From assembly GCA_965199955.1 (NCBI GenBank), contig CBDATQ010000002.1:1216001-1280000 (forward strand): DNA of 64,000 nucleotides. The letters are read 5' to 3'. Position numbers and translations under genes: made by a program. Under the pieces are notes generated by a model. It was not told the DNA's origin, did no database searches, and saw only the letters and a list, made by a program, of their open reading frames with translations. Each line of letters starts with the position of its first letter. Position 1 is the stretch's first letter. Below, in pieces: positions 36,754 through 49,397 of the stretch. The stretch comes from Spirochaetia bacterium (GTDB lineage Bacteria > Spirochaetota > Spirochaetia > SZUA-6 > Bin103).

Positions 36754-39700
36754 ATGAGCGATCCACTGCGCACGGCGCTGGCGGCGGTCACCTCGTGCGC
36801 GGCCCGGCTGGAGCCCGTACGGGACGTGCTGCGTGCCCACGCCGAAGGCGACCTGCCGGTCACGATCCAGGGGCCGCAGGGTTCGTTCCTGTCGGTGCTG
36901 ACCGCGATGTTGGCCGCGCGGGACGCTCCCGGCGGGTCGATTCTGGTGGTCACCCCCACCGAGCAGGAGGCCGAGCTGGTCGCTGACGACCTTCGCCTGT
37001 TCGCCGGCCGGCCGGTGATCGAGCTGCCGTGGTGGGGGACGCTGCCGTACGCCCGGCAGGCCCCGTTGCCGGCCGTGTTCGGCCGCCGCGCGGATGCGCT
37101 GGTCCGCCTGGCGAGCGGCGAGCGGTGCCTGGCCGTGGCGCCGCTGCGGGCACTATTGACGCCGACGCCCGAGCCTTCACACCTGCTCGCACACACCATC
37201 CGGTTCCGGACCGGCCAGGAGGTCGACCCGGTCGGCACCGCGGAGACACTGGCGACCGTCGGCTACCTGCGCGTGCCGCGCGTGACCGTGCATGGTGAGT
37301 TCTCCGTCAAGGGCGAGGTGATCGATGTCTTCCCTTTCGCGCTCGACTCCGCCGTGCGCGTGGTATTGGACTTCGACCATGTGGCCGAGATCCGGCACTT
37401 CGATCCGCTCACCCAGGGCTCCATCGGTCACGCGGATCGCGTGGACGTCGCTCCGGCCCGCGAGGTGACGCTGCAAACAGATCGGCTCGCGCAGCTCCGC
37501 GACACGCTCGCCGGCGAGCAGCTCCCCGATCCGTTCCGCGAAGAGCTGCTCGACACGCTGCAGCGCGATCCGCAGCACGCCGGCGTGGAGCAGTACTACC
37601 CGCTGTGCTTTCCCGAGCGCCATTCCGTGGTGGATCTGCTGGGCGACGGCGGCACCTTGGTGCTGGCCGACGGCGAGCGGCTGCGGGCCGGTTTCCAGGC
37701 GCTGCGCCGGGAGGTGCATGAGCTGTATCGGCGGGCGCAACGCGACGGCGCCTTCGGCCCGCGCCCCAAGTCCGTGCTGCTCGACTACGCCCGCGTCGCC
37801 GAGCGGCACGCACGGCGCGTCACCGTCGCGTCGTTGCAGCGTACCGCTCCGGCCGAGCGTGCCCGTTTGAGCGGAGCGCAGGCGCTGGAAGCGCCTGATA
37901 CGGAGCCGCTCCTCAACCTTCCGTGTGACCCGCCGCGCTCCTTCTTCGGCAACATTCCCTACTTCCGCGAACAGCTCGCGGCGCTCATGGACTCCGGCTA
38001 CCGGGTGTTCGTCTTCGCAGTGTACGACTTCCAGGCGGCGCGCATTCGCGCGATGGTCGAACCCGCCAACGGCACCGGCGGGGAGATCACCATCCTCCCG
38101 TACAGCATCTCGGCCGGCTTCGCCCTGCCCGACTGCCGGGTGATTTTCATCCAGGAGAACGAGATCTTCGGCCGCAAGCGCCGGCTGCCGCAGACCGTGG
38201 CACGCAGCACGCAGAGCGCCGCGATCGACTCTTTCGTCGACCTCAGTCCGGGCGATCACGTCGTGCACGTCAACTATGGAATCGGCCTGTACCACGGCAT
38301 CTCGCGCATGACCGCGGCCGGCAACGAGCGCGACTACATGGAGGTCGAGTACGCCGGCGAGGAGCGCATCTACGTGCCGATCGAGCAGGTCAACCTCGTG
38401 CAGCGCTACATCGGCCGCGACGGCTTCAAGCCCAGGCTGGACAAGATCGGCGGGCGCGCCTGGGAGAACCGCAAGCAGCGGGTGCGCCAGTCGGTCGAGG
38501 AGATGGCCGAACGGCTGGTGCGGCTCTATTCGCGGCGGCGCGCTCAGCAGGGGTTCGCGTTTCCGGCCGACAGCGACTGGCACGACCGCTTCGACGCCGC
38601 CTTCGAGTACCAGGAGACCGAAGACCAGGTCCGCTGCATCGAGGAAGTCAAGGCGGACATGGAGGACGCCGCTCCGATGGACCGGCTGGTGTGCGGAGAC
38701 GTCGGCTTCGGGAAGACGGAGGTCGGCCTGCGCGCCGCGTTCAAGGCGGTCATGGGCGGCAAGCAGGTGGCGCTGCTGGCGCCCACCACCATCCTGGCCG
38801 AGCAGCACTACGACACCTTCACCGAGCGCTTCTCGCCGTTTCCGGTGGGGGTGGCAATGCTGTCGCGGTTCCGCAGCAAGGCGGACCAGAAGCAGGTGAT
38901 CGACGGCCTGCAGGCGGGGCAGGTGGACATCGTCGTCGGCACGCACCGGCTCGTGCAGCGCGACGTGAGCTTCAAGAATCTCGGCCTGCTGATCGTCGAC
39001 GAGGAGCAACGCTTCGGGGTCAAGCACAAGGAGCGGCTCAAGGAGCTGAAGACCTCCGTGGACTGCCTTACGCTCACGGCGACGCCGATCCCGCGCACGC
39101 TGCACATGTCGCTGGCCAGAATCCGCGACATGTCGATCATCAACACGGCGCCACAGAACCGGCTGCCGGTGGAGACCTACATCGAGGAGTTCGACGAGTC
39201 GCTGGTCGCGGAGGCGATCCGCAAGGAGGTCGCCCGCGGCGGGCAGGTCTTCTACCTGCACAACCGCGTGCGCACCATCCGCGAAGTGCTGGTCTACCTG
39301 CAGCGGCTGCTGCCGGGCGTGTCCTTCGCTCACGCGCACGGGCAGATGGACGAGGACGAGCTGGAGCGGGTGATGCGCCGCTTCATCGGCCACGAGTTCG
39401 ACGTGCTGGTGTCCACGTCGATCATCGAGAACGGTCTGGATATTCCCAACGTGAACACGATCGTCATCGACCGTGCCGACATGTTCGGCATCGCCCAGCT
39501 CTACCAGTTGCGCGGGCGGGTAGGGAGGTCCGAGCGCCCCGCATACGCCTATCTGTTCTATCCGCGCGACCGTGCGCTGTCGGAGCTGGCCATGAAGCGG
39601 CTCAAGGTAATTTCCGACTTCACCGACCTGGGATCCGGCTTCAAGGTGGCGCTGAAGGACATGGAGGTGCGTGGCGCCGGCAACCTGCTCGGGGCCGAGC

Positions 39701-40236
39701 AGTCGGGTGAGATCCTGGCGGTCGGCTACGACATGTACGTGCGCCTGCTCGACGACGCGATCGCGACGGTGCGCGGCGATCACGAGGTCGAGGTGTCGGA
39801 CGTCTACCTGGAGCTCGAATACGCAGGCTTCATTCCCGACGACTACGTCAGCGAGCCGATAGAGAAGATGGAGATCTACAAGAAGGTGGCCGCCGTCGGC
39901 GACGAGACCGAGCTCGCGCGGCTGAATGCCGAGATCGAGGACCGCTTCGGTCCGGCGCCGGACGCGGTGCTGAGCCTGCTGGCGATCGCGGAGATCCGGG
40001 TGGCGTGCAGGCGGCTTGCCATCTCGTCGCTGAAGGAGCGCCAGGGCGTGGTCACGATCGAGTTCGCCCGCATCGGCCACGTCTCCGCGGAGCGGGTGGT
40101 GCGCCTGATCGGCGAGAGCGGCGGCACGGTGATGCTGGACAAGGACCGCCCCAACTGCCTGCTGCTGAAGACCGGCGGCATCGACCTGCGCGAGAAGTCG
40201 GAGTTCATCAGCGAGAAGCTGAACTCCCTCGCCTGA
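36754..40236 (+). CDS. mfd: Transcription-repair coupling factor
   Basis: CarD-like VVHVNYGIG, MDRLVCGDVGFGKT, DEEQRFG, TATPIPRT, QLRGRVGR, TRCF C-terminus. Confidence 0.97.
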   Translation: MSDPLRTALAAVTSCAARLEPVRDVLRAHAEGDLPVTIQGPQGSFLSVLTAMLAARDAPGGSILVVTPTEQEAELVADDLRLFAGRPVIELPWWGTLPYARQAPLPAVFGRRADALVRLASGERCLAVAPLRALLTPTPEPSHLLAHTIRFRTGQEVDPVGTAETLATVGYLRVPRVTVHGEFSVKGEVIDVFPFALDSAVRVVLDFDHVAEIRHFDPLTQGSIGHADRVDVAPAREVTLQTDRLAQLRDTLAGEQLPDPFREELLDTLQRDPQHAGVEQYYPLCFPERHSVVDLLGDGGTLVLADGERLRAGFQALRREVHELYRRAQRDGAFGPRPKSVLLDYARVAERHARRVTVASLQRTAPAERARLSGAQALEAPDTEPLLNLPCDPPRSFFGNIPYFREQLAALMDSGYRVFVFAVYDFQAARIRAMVEPANGTGGEITILPYSISAGFALPDCRVIFIQENEIFGRKRRLPQTVARSTQSAAIDSFVDLSPGDHVVHVNYGIGLYHGISRMTAAGNERDYMEVEYAGEERIYVPIEQVNLVQRYIGRDGFKPRLDKIGGRAWENRKQRVRQSVEEMAERLVRLYSRRRAQQGFAFPADSDWHDRFDAAFEYQETEDQVRCIEEVKADMEDAAPMDRLVCGDVGFGKTEVGLRAAFKAVMGGKQVALLAPTTILAEQHYDTFTERFSPFPVGVAMLSRFRSKADQKQVIDGLQAGQVDIVVGTHRLVQRDVSFKNLGLLIVDEEQRFGVKHKERLKELKTSVDCLTLTATPIPRTLHMSLARIRDMSIINTAPQNRLPVETYIEEFDESLVAEAIRKEVARGGQVFYLHNRVRTIREVLVYLQRLLPGVSFAHAHGQMDEDELERVMRRFIGHEFDVLVSTSIIENGLDIPNVNTIVIDRADMFGIAQLYQLRGRVGRSERPAYAYLFYPRDRALSELAMKRLKVISDFTDLGSGFKVALKDMEVRGAGNLLGAEQSGEILAVGYDMYVRLLDDAIATVRGDHEVEVSDVYLELEYAGFIPDDYVSEPIEKMEIYKKVAAVGDETELARLNAEIEDRFGPAPDAVLSLLAIAEIRVACRRLAISSLKERQGVVTIEFARIGHVSAERVVRLIGESGGTVMLDKDRPNCLLLKTGGIDLREKSEFISEKLNSLA

Positions 40237-40264
40237 GCGATCGGTCCGCTGCTATCCTGAGGCG

Positions 40265-40648
40265 ATGCCCGCCCGAGTGTCTGCCGCCGCCGACCTGGAG
40301 CGCGAGTTGCTCACCGCCGAGGACTTCACTGGAATGAACGAGCCGGCGCTCTCGGCTCAGACGAGCGCGGTGCTGGAGCGGGTGGGGGCGGTGCTCGGGG
40401 AGAGGGAAGGAACCGGGCCGGACGACGACCCGTTCCTGGGTTCGCAGCGCCGCCTGAGCCATGCGGAAGGCCGCACCGAGGGGCGGATCGCGTTGGCGCG
40501 AGCGCTGTTGGCCGCGCGCGGCATCGAGGTCTCGGCCGGATTCCCCGGCGTGACCGGCTTCGCCGAGTTACCCGACCACGCCGTCGCCGAGGCTGCCGCC
40601 GCCTGCGTCAGCGAGGCCGACTTCCGCAGGCGTCTGCGCAGCCGGTAG
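40265..40648 (+). CDS. Hypothetical protein, possibly an internally deleted Uma2-family endonuclease relic
   Basis: TGcTATCCT 6 nt before ATG; LERVGAVLGEREGTGPDDDP..AEGRTEGR tail resembles C-terminal extensions I associate with Uma2-like proteins; no nuclease core visible. Confidence 0.45.
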   Translation: MPARVSAAADLERELLTAEDFTGMNEPALSAQTSAVLERVGAVLGEREGTGPDDDPFLGSQRRLSHAEGRTEGRIALARALLAARGIEVSAGFPGVTGFAELPDHAVAEAAAACVSEADFRRRLRSR

Positions 40649-40653
40649 CCGGC

Positions 40654-40842
40654 CTATGCCGGCTGTGGCAACGGTTCCAACGACTCCATCGCTGCGGCAC
40701 GTTCGGGAGTCGTCGCGTGCCAGAGATCCCAGTCCTGCTGCAGGCCAAGCCAGAAGTCGGCGCTCATGCCGGTGACTCGTGCCAGAAGAAGTGCGGTATC
40801 CGGCGTGACTCCCCGCCTGCCTCGGACGATGCCGTTGAGCCT
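40654..40842 (-). pseudogene. higA: 5'-truncated HigA-family antitoxin (not in ORF track)
   Basis: Minus strand translates RLNGIVRGRRGVTPDTALLLARVTGMSADFWLGLQQDWDLWHA...*; in-frame TAA four codons upstream and no start codon. Confidence 0.88.
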
Positions 40843-40928
40843 GCATATCGCTTACCCGCGGCTGCCGACGGTGCTGACCTCGAGGCTGCTGCACGATACC
40901 TTCCTGGAGGGCTCTGACCAACTCTGAC

Positions 40929-40964
40929 GAATTGCGGCGCAATTTCGCAATTGCGCCGCGATTC
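40929..40964. repeat. 16-bp-arm palindrome (1 mismatch, 4-nt loop)
   Basis: GAATTGCGGCGCAATT-TCGC-AATTGCGCCGCGATTC. Confidence 0.85.
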
Positions 40965-41038
40965 TGCGACGATTGGGCTGGGCGGTGCCTTTGCCGTGGT
41001 GCCGGTGATGGGGTAACGTCCGTAGGGGGAGGGGGAAG

Positions 41039-43398
<2,360 letters not shown>

Positions 43399-43402
<4 letters not shown>

Positions 43403-44547
43403 CCACGGGATCACCTGCCGGATCGCTGCGCGACTCGATCCGCCGGCGGCTGGACTACTTGCGCGCGGGTGGCGAAGAGCTCCCGCCCTTCGCGCCCGAC
43501 GACCACGACGGCCGCTGCCTCTCCGCACGCCTGGGCGCCGACTGGCAGTGGCTGGCGCCGTACGTGCATCGCCGCGTGGCGATCGTCCCCTCGCCGCTCA
43601 CGGACAGACCTCGGTTACTGCCGGAGTCGGTGCCGATCGAGCGCTGCGCCTTCTTCGACACGGAGACCACGGGGCTGGCCGGCGCCGGGGCGGTCATCTT
43701 CCTGTTCGGGATCGCCACGGTGCGGGGCGACCGCATGGTGGTGGAGCAGGTGTTCCTGGAGGACTTTCCGGGAGAGACCGCGTTCCTGGAACACATCGAA
43801 CGCCTGTTGGCCGAGCACCGGCTGTTCGTGTCGTTCAACGGCAAGGCGTTCGACAAGACCATCTTGACGACGAGGTTCCTGATGGACGGGCGCAGCCTGA
43901 ACATGCCGGAGCACCTGGACCTGCTCTATCCGTCGCGCCGCCTGTGGGCGTCTATCACTGTCGATTGCCGGCTCAAGACCCTGGAGGAGGAGATCCTGGG
44001 CATCGACCGGGGAGAGGATATCGACGGGTTCGAGGTGCCCGACATCTACTTCGAGTTCCTCAGAACCGGCGAGCTGGGACGGCTGCCGGTCGTGTTCGAG
44101 CACAACCACAGCGATGTCGTTACCCTCGCGCAGCTTCTGGCGACGATCGATCAGGCGCTGGCCGGGGACGACACGGTTCGGGTGGACCCGCGCGGCGTCG
44201 GCCACCTGCTGCTGGCCCTGGGAGATCCGTGTGGACTTGACCATCTGCGCCGCGGATACATGGACGGGCAGCTTCCCTGCGGCACCGCTCTGGGCGGGGA
44301 GTTGAAGCGCGCCGGCGCCTGGACCGAGGCTGTCGAGCTGTGGCGCGACATGGCCGAGCGGCACCGCGACCAGGGGGCGGCAGTCGAGCTGGCCAAGTAC
44401 TACGAACACCGCGCGAAGGACTACGACGCCGCGTTCGACTGCGTGCGACCGTTCTTCGGCGGCGTCAGGAACGGGGCGAGCGGGCTCCACGACGACATGC
44501 TGCGCCGGGTGGCCCGCCTGCGCCGTAAGCGCGCGTCTCAGCGGTAG
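43399..44547 (+). CDS. RNase H-like exonuclease with C-terminal TPR-like region (MrfB/YprB-like)
   Basis: FFDTETTGL, SFNGKAFD, HLDLLY, EHNHSDV, ELAKYYEHR; GTGA overlap with the helicase. Confidence 0.9.
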
Positions 44548-45446
44548 TAACTGATGCGATAGCCGCCGCGCGCCGAGAAACCGAGCCGCTCGTACAGGCG
44601 CAGCGCGGCCACGTTGCCGGTCTTGACGAACAGGCACGCCTGCTTCTTGTGGTGGAAGATGTCGCGCAGCAGCGCGAGCACCACGGTCGCGCCCAGGCCG
44701 GTGCGGCGGCAGTCCGGGGTGGTGAAGACACCGCCGATCTGGTCAACCTGGAAGCCACGCGTGTTGGTGGCGGCGGTGGCGACCGGACGTCCGCGGTGCT
44801 CCGCCACGTAGACCAGTTCGCCGCGCAGCGCCCGGCGCAGCCGCCTGCGGCAGTCGTCGCGGTTGAACCGTGCGGGATCGAGGACGACCTCCTCCAGCTC
44901 GTATGCTTCCCGCAGTGCCAACAGGCGCTCGGTGTCGCGGACCGTCGCGCGTCTTAGGTCGAGACCGTCGCCGCCGGTGCGCCCGGCCGGCAGCGTGCCC
45001 GCCGCTCCGCGATCCAGGGTCATGAGCACGTGGTCCACGCTCATGCGGGGACGCAGCCCCAGCAGCCGTTCCGCGCGAAGCACGTCGGCAGTTATCCCCA
45101 TGCAGGAGTGAAGCGTGCCGGAGGCGTGGATCCTGCCGCGCAGCGCGCGGATGTTCCGTGCGTTCCACGGGCGGATGCCATCCGCGCACGGCGGATCCTG
45201 CTCGTCCTCGAATGCCGCCAGCAGCAACCCGTCGCGGGCGCGCAGCATGACATCCGCGATCGTTCCGTCCCGGCGCGTCGCGTACAGGCTGAACGGCCTG
45301 CCCCGCAGGGGTAACGCGGACTCGCGCAGGTGGGCGGTGAGCGGCACGTATGCCCACTCGCGGTCGAGGAGCCGGTCGAGCACCGCGCGACGGTGGCGCG
45401 GCCCTGCCTCGATCCAGCGGCCGGTGTCCGGCCGCGCTGCGCTCAC
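44538..45446 (-). CDS. GNAT family N-acetyltransferase
   Basis: QIGGVFTTPDCRRTGLG, LFVKTGNVAALRLYERLGF. Confidence 0.88.
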   Translation of the reverse strand: MSAARPDTGRWIEAGPRHRRAVLDRLLDREWAYVPLTAHLRESALPLRGRPFSLYATRRDGTIADVMLRARDGLLLAAFEDEQDPPCADGIRPWNARNIRALRGRIHASGTLHSCMGITADVLRAERLLGLRPRMSVDHVLMTLDRGAAGTLPAGRTGGDGLDLRRATVRDTERLLALREAYELEEVVLDPARFNRDDCRRRLRRALRGELVYVAEHRGRPVATAATNTRGFQVDQIGGVFTTPDCRRTGLGATVVLALLRDIFHHKKQACLFVKTGNVAALRLYERLGFSARGGYRISYYR

Positions 45447-47182
45447 GGCGACCCGTCCGCCAATCCGAAGTCGATGGGGAGCCGGCCTTCCGCAGGATAG
45501 TCGCCGGCCAGGACCGCGAGCCCGGCGCGGTACGAGTCGCGGCTTGCGCCGTAGACCGCCACCGCCGTCTGGACCCACGGCAGGTCCGCCAAGTAGACCG
45601 GCGTGAGTGCCGACACTACCAGGACGCGGTCCGCATGGGACGACAGCTCGGCCAGCACCTCGCCGCTGTTGTAGTTCATCAGCAGAAAGATGATCGCATC
45701 GTAGTCGCCGGCGAGGTTGCGCACTGCCACGCGGTCGCTCGGCCGCGAGGAATAGAACGGGCTGTACGGGAACCGGTGCGTGTCGGCCTGCGGGAAGCGC
45801 AGCAGGCCCTCCTGGAGGAACTCGTCGCTCTGGCCGATCAGCAACAGCCGCCGGGCCGGATCCGGTCGGAACGGGATGTGCGCGCCGCGGATCGCCGTGA
45901 CGCTGCGTGCCGCGCTGTCCAGGAAGAACTCGGCGGCTCCGGGCGCCGGTACGGCGGACTCCGTGTCGCGGGTCGGGAACAGCGGCACGGCGCCGGGCGA
46001 ACGGAGTGCGCGCAGCTTCACCGCCAGCACGCGTGCCGCGGCCTCCCGTACGCGCGCGCGGAACGCCGGATCGTCCATTCCTTGCCGCAGTACCTGCCAG
46101 GTCCGCTCCTGCAGCTCCGGGGTGTGGGAGACCAGGAGCAGGTCGTTGCCCGCCAGCATTGCCTGCTCGGCTGCCGCCGGCGTGTCGAAGGTGGTGTTGA
46201 GAGCGCCGCGCATCTCGAGGTCATCGCTGATCACCAGGCCGTCGAAGCCGAGCCGGTCGCGCAGCAGCTCACGCAGGAAGAACGGGGACAGGGAGGCCGG
46301 CAAGGCCGGATCGATGATGCGGGGATAGCCGACGTGGGCGTTCATGACCGCCTGCATGCCTTCGCGGAACAGCAGGCGGTACGGCACCAGGTCGCGGTCC
46401 CAGAGGGTTGCGAGGTCTGCGTCCGCGCTCGGGAAGACTCCGTGCGAGTCGCCGGCGGCGCCTCCGTGCCCGGGGTAGTGCTTGGCGGTGGCGATCACGC
46501 CGGCCGAGGCCAGCCCGCGATAGAACGCGACCGCCAGCAGCCCGGTCTGCACCGGGTCCGCGGCGAACGCGCGCGGGCCGATGACCGCGGCACCGGCGTC
46601 GGCATACACGTCGACGGTCGGCGCCAGGTTCATGTTGATGCCGAGCGCGCGCAACTCCAGACCGATGAACCGGCCCGTCCGATACGCGTCGTCGGGAAGC
46701 CCGCCGGCGCCAAGCGCGAGGTTGCCCGGCGTCTGCGACGTGGCGTCCTTGACATGGCGGACCCAGCCGCCCTCCTGGTCGGTGATGACGAGCAGGGGCA
46801 CCTGCAGGCGGGTGGATCGCGCCGCTTCCTGCATGGCGCCGACGCCGGCCGCCAGCTCCGTCAGCCCGTCCACGTTGCGGCTGAAGATCTTCACGCTGCC
46901 GAGGTGGCGCCGCTCGATCCACGTGCGCAGCTCGTCCGGGAAACCCGTTCCCCGGTAGCCGAGCGCCAGGATCTGGCCGAGCAGCTCCGAGTCGCTCATC
47001 GTTTCGATCAGGTAGGCGACCTGCTCATCGACCGGAGCGTCCCGCCAGAACCCGGCGGATCCCACGCACGGCGGCGACTCCTCCGGCCGGCAGACAACCG
47101 CGGGGTCGGGCGGCGCCGCGCAGAGGGAGAGCGCAGTCGTCAGCAGCGCCCCGAGGACGGCCGGCGTGCGTGGCGCCGTCAC
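45443..47182 (-). CDS. Glycoside hydrolase family 3 (beta-N-acetylhexosaminidase, NagZ-like)
   Basis: DQEGGWV, NMNLAP, KHYPGHG..GDSH, ISDDLEM. Confidence 0.92.
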   Translation of the reverse strand: MTAPRTPAVLGALLTTALSLCAAPPDPAVVCRPEESPPCVGSAGFWRDAPVDEQVAYLIETMSDSELLGQILALGYRGTGFPDELRTWIERRHLGSVKIFSRNVDGLTELAAGVGAMQEAARSTRLQVPLLVITDQEGGWVRHVKDATSQTPGNLALGAGGLPDDAYRTGRFIGLELRALGINMNLAPTVDVYADAGAAVIGPRAFAADPVQTGLLAVAFYRGLASAGVIATAKHYPGHGGAAGDSHGVFPSADADLATLWDRDLVPYRLLFREGMQAVMNAHVGYPRIIDPALPASLSPFFLRELLRDRLGFDGLVISDDLEMRGALNTTFDTPAAAEQAMLAGNDLLLVSHTPELQERTWQVLRQGMDDPAFRARVREAAARVLAVKLRALRSPGAVPLFPTRDTESAVPAPGAAEFFLDSAARSVTAIRGAHIPFRPDPARRLLLIGQSDEFLQEGLLRFPQADTHRFPYSPFYSSRPSDRVAVRNLAGDYDAIIFLLMNYNSGEVLAELSSHADRVLVVSALTPVYLADLPWVQTAVAVYGASRDSYRAGLAVLAGDYPAEGRLPIDFGLADGSP

Positions 47183-47973
47183 GCAACGCCCGACAGCGTC
47201 CAGGACGGCCCGGAGAACTTCGTCAGCAGAGCCGTTGCGCGCTCGGTCTCCGCGGCGTCCAGGCGCGACGCTTCCACCGGCGCCAGCACAGCCGCAAGGC
47301 TTCGCCGAAGCCGGTCCACCACCTCCGCGAAGTCGGCGGGGCGACCAGTCTCCTTCGCAAGCCAGGACGCGGCGGCCGAGCCCGCGGCGGGCGCGGCCGT
47401 CAGGTAGCGCGCAACCCGCCGGAAGGTGTCGTCAAGCGGGATGGAGCCGTGCTGGAGCACCCCGTGACGGGTGACCATCTGCGCGCTGCCCACCAGCTTG
47501 CCGAACCGGCCCACCACCTCGTATTCACCCACCGCGCCGAAGCAGTCGGGATCGGCCGCTTCGCCGATCTGCGCCGGGTTGCGCCGGCAGCCAACTCCGA
47601 GCTCGGTCAGGGCGGCGAGCAACAGATCGCCGACGAACCGGTACACGGTACGTTTGCCGAACGGGCGCAGGTGGGCCGTGCCGAGCGCCACCGCGTACGT
47701 CACCTCCGCGGCATGCAGGACGGCGCGCCCACCGGTGGGCCGACGGACCAGGTCGACATCCTCCTCCCGAAGCCGCTCCCGGAGCACATCGGAGACCGGC
47801 TGAAAGCGCCCGATCGACAGAGTGGGTGGACGGAACCCGTACAGCCGGATCGTTGGCCGCCCGCCGGGCGCGGCGGCGGAGGCGGACAGCACCTCGTCGA
47901 CGGCCATGTTCCAGGGACCGTCCCCGGGTTCATGACAGATCAGGCGGACCGGACCGCCGTCGAATACGTCCAC
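47179..47973 (-). CDS. Lipoate--protein ligase family protein (LplA/LipM-like)
   Basis: WNMAVDE, LSIGRFQ, VRRPTGGRAVLH, KLVGSAQ, LQHGSI. Confidence 0.9.
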   Translation of the reverse strand: MDVFDGGPVRLICHEPGDGPWNMAVDEVLSASAAAPGGRPTIRLYGFRPPTLSIGRFQPVSDVLRERLREEDVDLVRRPTGGRAVLHAAEVTYAVALGTAHLRPFGKRTVYRFVGDLLLAALTELGVGCRRNPAQIGEAADPDCFGAVGEYEVVGRFGKLVGSAQMVTRHGVLQHGSIPLDDTFRRVARYLTAAPAAGSAAASWLAKETGRPADFAEVVDRLRRSLAAVLAPVEASRLDAAETERATALLTKFSGPSWTLSGVA

Positions 47974-47995
47974 GCCCTGCTACAGTACACCGCCT

Positions 47996-49297
47996 ATGGA
48001 CGACCCGAAGAGGCGATATGCCCTGGTCGGGGCAGGCGGGCGGGGCCGCTTCTTCTACGAAGCGCTGGCGCGTGACTTCGCCGATCGCGCGCAGGTGGTG
48101 GCGCTCTGTGATCTCAACCGCACCCGGATGCAGTACGCCAACCGGGTGATGAAACGCCAGGCCGGAGGCGGCGAGGCGGCGCTGTACGGGCCGGACCGCT
48201 TCGAGGCGATGCTCGCCGAGCAGCGTCCCGACACGGTGATCGTCAGCACGATCGACCGCACCCATCACCGCTACATCATCGGCGCGCTCGACCGCGGTTG
48301 CGATGTCATCAGCGAAAAGCCGCTGACCATCGACCAGCACCGGCTGCAGGCCATCCTGGACGCGGTCAGACGGTCCGGACGTTCGTTGCGGGTCGCCTAC
48401 AACTACCGCTACTCGCCGCTTGCCACCGCGGTGCGCAGGACCGTCGCAGACGGGACCGTGGGCAGAGTCACCTCCGTGCACTTCGAGTGGCTGCTCGACA
48501 CCCGGCACGGTGCCGACTACTTCCGTCGCTGGCACCGCGACAAGCGCAACAGCGGCGGGTTGCTCGTGCACCTGGCATCGCACCACTTCGACCTGGTCAA
48601 CTTCTGGCTGGCGAGCGCGCCGGAGACGGTGTCGGCGTGTGGTGACCTGGCGTTCTACGGCCGCGCCAACGCGGAGGAGCGGGGAGAGACGCGCTTCTAC
48701 GCCCGTGCGCATGGCAGCGACGCCGCCGTGGACGATCCCTTCGCCCTGGACCTGGCCGGGAGCGATGCGCTGCGCGAGATGTACCTGCAGGCCGAGCACG
48801 AGGACGGCTACCTGCGCGACCAGAGCGTGTTCGGTGACGGCATCAGCATCGAGGACACGTTGGGTCTGCTGGTGCGGATGCGCAGCGGGGCGATACTGAC
48901 CTATTCGCTGACCGCCTACGCGCCATGGGAGGGATTCCGCCTCTCCGTGACCGGCACCGCCGGCCGGATCGAGGCACACCAGGTGGAGACGTCCTATGTT
49001 TCCGCCGGCGGCGACCAAGCCCACGAAGCGGCCGCGGCGAGCCGCCGGCTGCGCGTGCTGCCGATGTTCGGAGACGCCCGCGAAGTCGATCTGGAGGACG
49101 CGCCCGGCGCCCACGGCGGCGCCGATCCGCGCATGCTGCACGACCTGTTCGGCGAGCAGGCGGACGATCCGCTGTCGCGCGCGGCGTCGCACGTGGACGG
49201 CGCCAACGCGATCCTGACGGGCATCGCCGGCAATGTGTCGATGCGTACCGGCAGGGTCGTGCGCGTCGAGGACCTCATCAGGTGGTCGCCCCAATAG
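47996..49297 (+). CDS. Gfo/Idh/MocA family oxidoreductase
   Basis: VGAGGRG, SEKP, HGADYFRRWH, HHFDL, HGGAD. Confidence 0.92.
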   Translation: MDDPKRRYALVGAGGRGRFFYEALARDFADRAQVVALCDLNRTRMQYANRVMKRQAGGGEAALYGPDRFEAMLAEQRPDTVIVSTIDRTHHRYIIGALDRGCDVISEKPLTIDQHRLQAILDAVRRSGRSLRVAYNYRYSPLATAVRRTVADGTVGRVTSVHFEWLLDTRHGADYFRRWHRDKRNSGGLLVHLASHHFDLVNFWLASAPETVSACGDLAFYGRANAEERGETRFYARAHGSDAAVDDPFALDLAGSDALREMYLQAEHEDGYLRDQSVFGDGISIEDTLGLLVRMRSGAILTYSLTAYAPWEGFRLSVTGTAGRIEAHQVETSYVSAGGDQAHEAAAASRRLRVLPMFGDAREVDLEDAPGAHGGADPRMLHDLFGEQADDPLSRAASHVDGANAILTGIAGNVSMRTGRVVRVEDLIRWSPQ

Positions 49298-49397
49298 TCG
49301 TCGCCTTCGGCTCCGGCTATTGGCCCAGTCCCGCCTTTCGCCCCGCTCAATACCGGAGCAGGCTGGAATTCCCGTCGCCTTCGGCTCCGGCTTTGGG
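49287..49397 (+). repeat. Dispersed hairpin repeat, copies 3 and 4
   Basis: CCAATAGTCG-TCGCCTTCGGCTC-CGGCTATTGG-CCCA (49291-49327) and CCCG-TCGCCTTCGGCTC-CGG (49371-49390). Confidence 0.75.

Noticed and set aside
40841..40927. Plus-strand peptide HIAYPRLPTVLTSRLLHDTF faintly like a Tn3-family transposase N-terminus
   Set aside because: Too short, with no start codon and no Tn3 terminal repeat nearby.
41024..41035. G-rich run before the helicase start as a phase-variable tract
   Set aside because: GGGGGAGGGGG is interrupted and is adequately explained as a ribosome binding site.
45088..45096. GCAGTTATC, a partial match to the element arm
   Set aside because: Only 9 nt, inside the GNAT coding sequence, with no partner arm.
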